From Octopus sinensis (Eukaryota), in contig NC_042999.1 of the NCBI RefSeq assembly GCF_006345805.1, positions 5,208,001 through 5,272,000 of the forward strand: a DNA stretch of 64,000 nucleotides, given 5' to 3'. Below the pieces are notes generated by a model, which worked only from the letters and a program-made list of their open reading frames with translations, was not told the origin of the DNA and searched no databases. The first letter of the stretch is position 1. Each line of letters begins with the position of its first letter. Positions 60,801 through 64,000 of this stretch are shown in pieces. The position numbers and the translations under genes were made by a program.

Positions 60801-62463
60801 CTAGATGCCCTCCCTAACATAAACCACTCTGAGAGTGTAGTGGGCGCTTTTTATGTGCCACCAGCATGGGAGCCAGACAGGCAGGCCTGGCATCATCCAT
60901 ATTCGGATGGTGCTTTTTACGTGCCACCAGCACAAGGGCCAGTCAGGTGGGCCTGGCATCATCTACATTTGGATGGTGCTTTTAAATGCCACCAGCGCAG
61001 GAGCAAGTCAGGGGGTACTGGCATCAACCACGTTCGGATGGTGCTTTTTATGTGCCACTGGCACTGGGGCCAGTCAGGCGGACCATGCAAAACAAAAATA
61101 TTTTCATCACTCAGTTGGAACACAAATCAACTGACAGTTGCACTAATTACAAAGTTACAAGTTCAACTCACACTCACAGCTACGGTCAACTCATACAACC
61201 AAGCTCAATCCTGAACAACACATAACCTGAAGTCCCCTATTACACAAGATGGATTCTTTGCCCCAGATGACTTCTTAGGAGAGGCCGACAGTTTTGTAAT
61301 TATATTGGCTAAAAGGAAATGTACGAGGGCGCACTGAAACATTCCTCGTTTTGGGTAAAATAAAATACAAGAGGATCAGTTAATTACGATTTTATTCAAC
61401 ATGTTCCCCTCTCAGATGCACACAATTATTGCAGAGGCCCTTCAGTTTTTCTAAGCCCTGTAAAAGAACTCAGAAGGTTGAGCCTTAAACTAGGCCTTTC
61501 ACAACACCCTTAAAGCTAGGAACTTTTCAGCATCCCCTCACAATGCAGGCATTCCAATTTGTAAATAGGGATGTTAAAATTAGTAAAAGTTCGGCTTTCC
61601 TCCTCCTAAATGAGAATAAGGTACTGTAGCCACCTGGGTTTTAAAGGGATCACTGTTCTTCAAAACATTATATACATGGAGAGGATTTCAACGTCCTGCA
61701 ATGCCTAATCCCTAACAAATCCACATTGCAGCAACTGACAAGGACCAGGGTAGCAGTGATGATCTCTCTCTATCATCAAAGGGATACCATGGAAGTGCCC
61801 CTGCATGACCACAGTCATGTGTGTGTGTCTGTGTGTGTATGTGAGCACATGTCCATCTGACGTATATAAATTAACTGGAACACCAACACAGCTTCTATGA
61901 GATTAAAGCTGTATAGAAAGTTACATAAATGATTGGAAATTGGATTTTAGTGAGATTAGAACTATATTTGGTACCATGGCAACTTTGATCATTTTTACAT
62001 AAGGCACAAATAGATTTCATTTCTCGTTAAACTGAAATCTGCTTGAACCAAATCCTAATAACAATCAAGAATAATGAATATCAAAGTTAAAGACAGAGTT
62101 TCGAGGTGACCTACAAAGGTCAGCTCGAATATAAGTGACTCAACTCACCGCCGTTTATCCTTTCTTATAAATTTTGAAAGTCTGTAGATAGCCCAGTTGT
62201 TAAGTTGCCGAGGTGTCATACCCTTGCCGTTATCAAGGACAAAGATACAGTTTCGATTTGGATTTCCTTCATCAAAATGCTGTTCAAAGACAAAAATAAA
62301 AAAAAACACATGAGACACATACAATTTACATATATTTTTATATAAAATTCCACGGAAGCATCGAAGGATTAATTACTCACCAATCTGATTTCGATGTTAC
62401 GGTCAGCATTGTTATTTGCTGTGGCTGTTAAGGCATTGTCGATCAACTCAGCAAATGCATAAG
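13890..62463 (-). CDS. SMCHD1: SMCHD1 orthologue, partial: 37 in-window coding exons (GHKL ATPase, transducer, Ig-like region); 5' exons beyond right edge, hinge exons not found
   Basis: Manual spliced translation gives one open frame of 4443 nt with GT-AG boundaries and matching phases. GHKL motifs AELIDN, DNGKG and [11 protein letters not shown] are present, plus [34 protein letters not shown] and QVSTNKLTF, all matching vertebrate SMCHD1 as recalled. Confidence 0.96.
14818..14967 (-). CDS. SMCHD1: SMCHD1 exon 36 (150 nt)
   Basis: [50 protein letters not shown]. Confidence 0.9.
15059..15190 (-). CDS. SMCHD1: SMCHD1 exon 35 (132 nt)
   Basis: [44 protein letters not shown]. Confidence 0.92.
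16208..16775. mobile_element. TTAA-flanked (piggyBac-like) non-autonomous element
   Basis: TTAA-CCCCTTCGTTACC...GGTAACGAAAGGG-TTAA terminal inverted repeats. Confidence 0.75.
16842..16926 (-). CDS. SMCHD1: SMCHD1 exon 34 (85 nt)
   Basis: [28 protein letters not shown]. Confidence 0.85.
17073..17128 (-). CDS. SMCHD1: SMCHD1 exon 33 (56 nt)
   Basis: [18 protein letters not shown]; phase 0/2 fits neighbours. Confidence 0.82.
17690..18050 (-). mobile_element. 3' end of a second RTE-like LINE family with (TGA)n tail
   Basis: [20 protein letters not shown]...[13 protein letters not shown]...[11 protein letters not shown] then tgatgatga. Confidence 0.75.
18803..18921 (-). CDS. SMCHD1: SMCHD1 exon 32 (119 nt)
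   Basis: [39 protein letters not shown]. Confidence 0.88.
19103..19503 (-). mobile_element. Full-length tRNA-derived SINE, family 1 (at least 10 copies: about 2494-3170, 5130-5280, 29720-30130, 40890-41150, 42935-43370, 51085-51748 x2, 55083-55408, 57826-57970, 58375-58640)
   Basis: A box TGGCTGTGTGG, B box GGTTCAGTCCC, internal (TA)/(TG) microsatellite, tail gactgaaacaagtaaaag; CpGs retained in this copy. Confidence 0.85.
19951..20111 (-). CDS. SMCHD1: SMCHD1 exon 31 (161 nt)
   Basis: [53 protein letters not shown]. Confidence 0.92.
20251..20330 (-). CDS. SMCHD1: SMCHD1 exon 30 (80 nt)
   Basis: [26 protein letters not shown]. Confidence 0.91.
20501..20546 (-). ncRNA. Penelope-type minimal type I hammerhead ribozyme motif (partly decayed)
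   Basis: GACAC-CUGAUGA-A-GGCUG(loop)CAGCU-GAA-AUGU-U-GUGUU; stems I and II pair. Confidence 0.65.
20775..20817 (+). ncRNA. Hammerhead ribozyme motif, second arm (3-nt deletion at the cleavage site)
   Basis: GACAC-CUGAUGA-A-GGCUG(loop)CAGCC-GAA-ACGU-GUU. Confidence 0.55.
21163..21288 (-). CDS. SMCHD1: SMCHD1 exon 29 (126 nt)
   Basis: [42 protein letters not shown]. Confidence 0.9.
22685..22987 (+). mobile_element. IS630-Tc1-mariner transposase relic with right TIR
   Basis: [27 protein letters not shown]; terminal gactttgtggacaccctgTA. Confidence 0.7.
23301..23459 (-). CDS. SMCHD1: SMCHD1 exon 28 (159 nt)
   Basis: [53 protein letters not shown]. Confidence 0.92.
23804..24317. mobile_element. 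Tc1/mariner-pogo (Tc2-like) MITE nested in a TTAA MITE
   Basis: TIRs TACCATAAATCCTTGAGTATA and TATACTCGAGGATTTACGGTA (19/21 match), TA ends. Confidence 0.8.
24702..24782 (-). CDS. SMCHD1: SMCHD1 exon 27 (81 nt)
   Basis: [27 protein letters not shown]; strong splice sites, phase 0/0. Confidence 0.85.
25558..25687 (-). CDS. SMCHD1: SMCHD1 exon 26 (130 nt)
   Basis: [43 protein letters not shown]. Confidence 0.88.
26430..26575 (-). CDS. SMCHD1: SMCHD1 exon 25 (146 nt)
   Basis: [48 protein letters not shown]. Confidence 0.93.
26683..26750 (-). CDS. SMCHD1: SMCHD1 exon 24 (68 nt)
   Basis: [22 protein letters not shown]. Confidence 0.9.
27254..28090. repeat. Fold-back structure: two hairpin elements head to head forming about 270-bp inverted arms; third copy at about 37600-37826
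   Basis: tgttgtgtctggggagagtc...gactctccccagacacaaca about 75-bp inverted repeats occur twice, plus the shared gaatcttgcaaaccaaatc arm. Confidence 0.85.
28480..28992 (+). mobile_element. RTE 3'-tail element with (GAT)n end, representative of about 30 copies in both orientations across the window
   Basis: Same sequence as the 3'UTR of the RTE at 47854-48456: tandem ggtggcacgtaaaaagcacc units, gtggttggcgttaggaagggcatccagctgtagaaac, catgctagcatg, then (gat)n. Confidence 0.88.
29126..29353. mobile_element. Second TTAA MITE family (also 52827-53054, about 23776-24486, about 33867-34379, about 37907-38105, about 14168-14280)
   Basis: TTAACCCTTTAGTGTT...AACACTAAAGGGTTAA termini; shared ttgttttgaattaatcatgc. 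Confidence 0.78.
29418..29595 (-). CDS. SMCHD1: SMCHD1 exon 23 (178 nt)
   Basis: [25 protein letters not shown]...VAGEYMQGL. Confidence 0.9.
30562..30696 (-). CDS. SMCHD1: SMCHD1 exon 22 (135 nt)
   Basis: [45 protein letters not shown]. Confidence 0.93.
32620..32756 (-). CDS. SMCHD1: SMCHD1 exon 21 (137 nt)
   Basis: [45 protein letters not shown]. Confidence 0.93.
32861..33515. mobile_element. Three TTAA MITEs of one family (32861-33084, 33101-33321, 33355-33515); a further copy at 51784-52013
   Basis: Each starts TTAACCCTTT-like and ends AAGGGTTAA-like; shared internal aaccttagtcacaatttatgtt and gaaagaaacacagagcatct. Confidence 0.8.
33531..33600 (-). CDS. SMCHD1: SMCHD1 exon 20 (70 nt)
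   Basis: [23 protein letters not shown]. Confidence 0.92.
35101..35200 (-). CDS. SMCHD1: SMCHD1 exon 19 (100 nt)
   Basis: [33 protein letters not shown]. Confidence 0.92.
35340..35850 (+). mobile_element. CR1/L2-group LINE 3' end
   Basis: [22 protein letters not shown]...GPALFNIVP...FKRTLDRFL; short repeated tail atctaagtt/atctaatt. Confidence 0.8.
35966..36110 (-). CDS. SMCHD1: SMCHD1 exon 18 (145 nt)
   Basis: [33 protein letters not shown]...PSLEA. Confidence 0.95.
36400..36790 (-). mobile_element. Decayed Jockey/L2-group LINE 3' fragment; a related fragment lies at about 10750-11170 (+)
   Basis: [16 protein letters not shown]...SHIW...ILGHMQRRA; the 10.8 kb copy reads ILDCIQRRATHLI. 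Confidence 0.6.
36870..36989 (-). CDS. SMCHD1: SMCHD1 exon 17 (120 nt)
   Basis: [39 protein letters not shown]. Confidence 0.94.
37381..37458 (-). CDS. SMCHD1: SMCHD1 exon 16 (78 nt)
   Basis: [25 protein letters not shown]. Confidence 0.95.
38206..38316 (-). CDS. SMCHD1: SMCHD1 exon 15 (111 nt)
   Basis: [36 protein letters not shown]. Confidence 0.94.
39515..39597 (-). CDS. SMCHD1: SMCHD1 exon 14 (83 nt)
   Basis: [27 protein letters not shown]. Confidence 0.93.
41288..41394 (-). CDS. SMCHD1: SMCHD1 exon 13 (107 nt)
   Basis: [35 protein letters not shown]. Confidence 0.93.
41591..41704 (-). CDS. SMCHD1: SMCHD1 exon 12 (114 nt)
   Basis: [38 protein letters not shown]. Confidence 0.95.
42230..42440 (+). 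mobile_element. Decayed CR1-like LINE fragment
   Basis: [28 protein letters not shown]...[10 protein letters not shown] resembles the RRATRMI..LxYxERL..L motif. Confidence 0.5.
43100..43180. repeat. Long (TA)n microsatellite inside a SINE; others at about 6150-6190, 7250-7290 (AG), 39865-39900, 57765-57828
   Basis: Direct reading. Confidence 0.95.
43391..43585 (-). CDS. SMCHD1: SMCHD1 exon 11 (195 nt)
   Basis: [27 protein letters not shown]...[20 protein letters not shown]. Confidence 0.95.
45346..45469 (-). CDS. SMCHD1: SMCHD1 exon 10 (124 nt)
   Basis: [41 protein letters not shown]. Confidence 0.95.
45739..45798 (-). CDS. SMCHD1: SMCHD1 exon 9 (60 nt)
   Basis: [19 protein letters not shown]. 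Confidence 0.92.
46885..48456 (+). mobile_element. Young 5'-truncated RTE-clade LINE: RT C-terminal half (YADD at 46897) with PHD finger, 3'UTR and (GAT)n tail
   Basis: Open frame WELLYADDL...FRYLGD...[12 protein letters not shown]...[11 protein letters not shown]...GRPRKTW to TGA 47853; 3'UTR with tandem units ending in (GAT)n. Confidence 0.92.
48671..48788 (-). CDS. SMCHD1: SMCHD1 exon 8 (118 nt)
   Basis: [38 protein letters not shown]. Confidence 0.95.
48933..49190 (+). mobile_element. tRNA-derived SINE, family 4 (head also at 3290-3575 and 39915-40255, minus)
   Basis: tggcctagtggtt A box, gagttcaattcc B box, core gttcttgagcaaaacacttcatttcacgttgctcc. Confidence 0.7.
49306..49516 (-). CDS. 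SMCHD1: SMCHD1 exon 7 (211 nt)
   Basis: [63 protein letters not shown]. Confidence 0.95.
50885..50996 (-). CDS. SMCHD1: SMCHD1 exon 6 (112 nt)
   Basis: [37 protein letters not shown]. Confidence 0.94.
52298..52529. mobile_element. hAT-type MITE with perfect 8-bp target site duplication
   Basis: CAATGCTTCTCAAC...GTTGAGAGAACCACTG; ATTTAGAT on both sides. Confidence 0.85.
52632..52795 (-). CDS. SMCHD1: SMCHD1 exon 5 (164 nt)
   Basis: [54 protein letters not shown]. Confidence 0.94.
54280..54530 (+). mobile_element. Decayed RTE RT fragment
   Basis: [15 protein letters not shown]...[18 protein letters not shown], similar to the 47.2-47.4 kb RT. Confidence 0.7.
55426..55545 (-). CDS. SMCHD1: SMCHD1 exon 4 (120 nt)
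   Basis: [40 protein letters not shown]. Confidence 0.95.
55715..56110 (-). mobile_element. Internally deleted mariner relic
   Basis: [16 protein letters not shown] and RFQ...EIQKNA...EFQECF-like segments; TATGAGG end. Confidence 0.75.
57067..57193 (-). CDS. SMCHD1: SMCHD1 exon 3 (127 nt; NAGNAG alternative +3)
   Basis: [42 protein letters not shown]. Confidence 0.93.
57639..57762. repeat. 34-bp inverted repeat (32/34) with a 56-nt spacer
   Basis: aaaattataatttagggtatctaagagatacctc versus gagatatctcttagataccataaattataatttt. Confidence 0.85.
61322..61541. mobile_element. Mariner-type MITE
   Basis: TACGAGGGCGCACTGAAACATTCC...GGAACTTTTCAGCATCCCCTCACA imperfect TIRs. Confidence 0.6.
62149..62279 (-). 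CDS. SMCHD1: SMCHD1 exon 2 (131 nt)
   Basis: [37 protein letters not shown], DxGxG motif. Confidence 0.95.
62381..62463 (-). CDS. SMCHD1: SMCHD1 in-window exon 1 (83 nt)
   Basis: [31 protein letters not shown] motif I; ttaag acceptor, gtgagt donor. Confidence 0.95.
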
Positions 62464-62513
62464 CTTAATAAACGAAGAAAAACAGATTAGGTTATTACAT
62501 CTGTATATGAGGC

Positions 62514-62700
62514 AGCGAGCTGACAGAATCGTTAGCAGGCCGGGTAAAACGCTTAGTGGCAATTCATCTGTCCTTGCATTCAGAGTTCAAATTTCGCCAA
62601 TACTGACTTATCCTTTCAGGGTCGATAAATTAAGTACCAGTTGAGTACTGAGATTGATGTAATCAACTTAACCCCTCCCCAAAAGTTTCAGGCCCTGTGC
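62514..62700 (+). mobile_element. tRNA-derived SINE, family 2 (also about 8089-8296, 15858-16020, 40537-40670, 41885-42090, 63780-63990 on minus; 42455-42650 on plus)
   Basis: Head ggcagcgagctgacagaatcgttagc, B box gagttcaaatt, body cctttcaggggtcgataaattaagtaccagttg shared by the copies. Confidence 0.8.
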
Positions 62701-64000
62701 CTATAGTAGAAAGGATTATTACAGCTTCTTTACAAAATAAAGAAACTCAGCTAACGAGTTATCATAAAAATGAGTTGAAGGGGTCAGAAATTCTACAAAT
62801 AACATTTTGCCAAAAACTGTACACTCAAAATTTGAAGAGGACTAAATTAAATACAAAACTTTTAAAAACAAATGAAACTAAAAAGCCTTTTCTATGTGAC
62901 GCCCACACCCTTTTTTTAAAACTTTTGATTTATAATATCCTCTTAGAATTCCATTTCAAAACAATTATTATAGACTAGAAGTATCTAAAAATTCCAGTGA
63001 CTTTGAAAACAGTTGCTACAAGTTTTTAGAAAACCATGAAATTCATCATTTTTATGAAAATGTATTTTTACTGAAATAATTAATTCTTGAGATGGTGTAA
63101 AATCCATCCAAATATCATTGAAAGTAGAATCTCAGGAGAGAACAACTCTGAAGATTGATTATTCTTACACATTTGTCAATTCTTTTACACTGAAAGTGTT
63201 ATCTGTGAGCTTTATCTTTCATCATCATCGTTTAACATCCGCTTTCCATGCTGGCATGAGTTGGATGGTTTGACTGACGTCTGGCAAGCCAGGAGGCTGT
63301 ACCAGGCTCCAATCTGATCTGGCAAAGTTTCTACAGATGGATGTCTTTCCTAACGCCAACCACTCTGATAGTGTAGTGGATGCCTTTTATGTGTCACTGG
63401 CACAGGCATCGGCCACAACTACGATTTCACTTGACTCAACGGGTCTTCTCAAGCAAAGCATATTGTCCAATGATTGAAGGGGTACTTTTAAACGGGACAG
63501 TTATGCAACACTGGCATCGGCCACGACTACAATCTCACTTGGCTTGCCAGGTCTTCTCAAGCACAGTATATCTCCAAAGGTCTTGGTTGCTTGTCATTAC
63601 CTCTGCGAGGCTCAATGTTCAAAGGTTGTACTTCACCACCTCATCCCAGATCTTCCTGGGTCTACCTCACCCACAAAGGTGATAAGCAAACAAATCCTAG
63701 AAAGAGCTACAGTCAGCTCCACTTCATTTTTCCACTGTCCCTATGTTATAAAATTACTGGATGGAATAATAATATATATTGGTTTCAAATTTTGGCACAA
63801 AGCCAGCAATTTTGGGAAATGGGCTAAGTTAATTACATTGACCCCAGTACTTAATTGGTACTTATTTTATTGACCCTGAAAAGATGAAAAGAGACGTTGA
63901 CCCTGGTGGAATTTGAACTCAGAACATAAAGATGGATGAAATGCCATTTAGCATTTTGCGTGGTGTGTTAAAAATTCTGCCAGCAAATGCAGTTAACAAC

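Noticed and set aside
61755-61860. Possible box C/D snoRNA (GTGATGA...CTGA)
   Set aside because: No terminal stem, and a (TG)n microsatellite lies between the boxes.

Overview
AT-rich eukaryotic genomic DNA, very probably a coleoid cephalopod (octopus). That assignment is inferred from the repeat landscape only. Two genes are supported. (1) SMCHD1 on the minus strand: I traced 37 consecutive phase-compatible GT-AG exons from 62463 down to 13890 (4443 nt, about 1481 codons). They cover the GHKL ATPase, the transducer and the long Ig-like middle region. The 5' exons lie beyond the right edge. I found no exon for the C-terminal coiled coil or SMC hinge in the remaining 13.9 kb to the left. (2) A plus-strand gene (ATG 743; exons 743-2367, 3964-4186, 7641-7927, probable last exon from 9318) encoding about 15 LRRs plus one ZU5-like domain. 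It is PIDD-like, but no death domain is visible. Introns hold about 30 copies of an RTE-LINE 3' tail with (GAT)n ends, several tRNA-derived SINE families, TTAA-flanked, hAT and Tc1/mariner MITEs, LINE relics and fold-back elements. The most unusual items are a palindromic tRNA-promoter plus Penelope-type hammerhead ribozyme cassette (20461-20858), the missing SMCHD1 hinge exons with an opposite-strand LRR-ZU5 gene in their place, and a complete PHD finger inside an RTE reverse transcriptase. All comparisons to human proteins are from memory and need checking by alignment.
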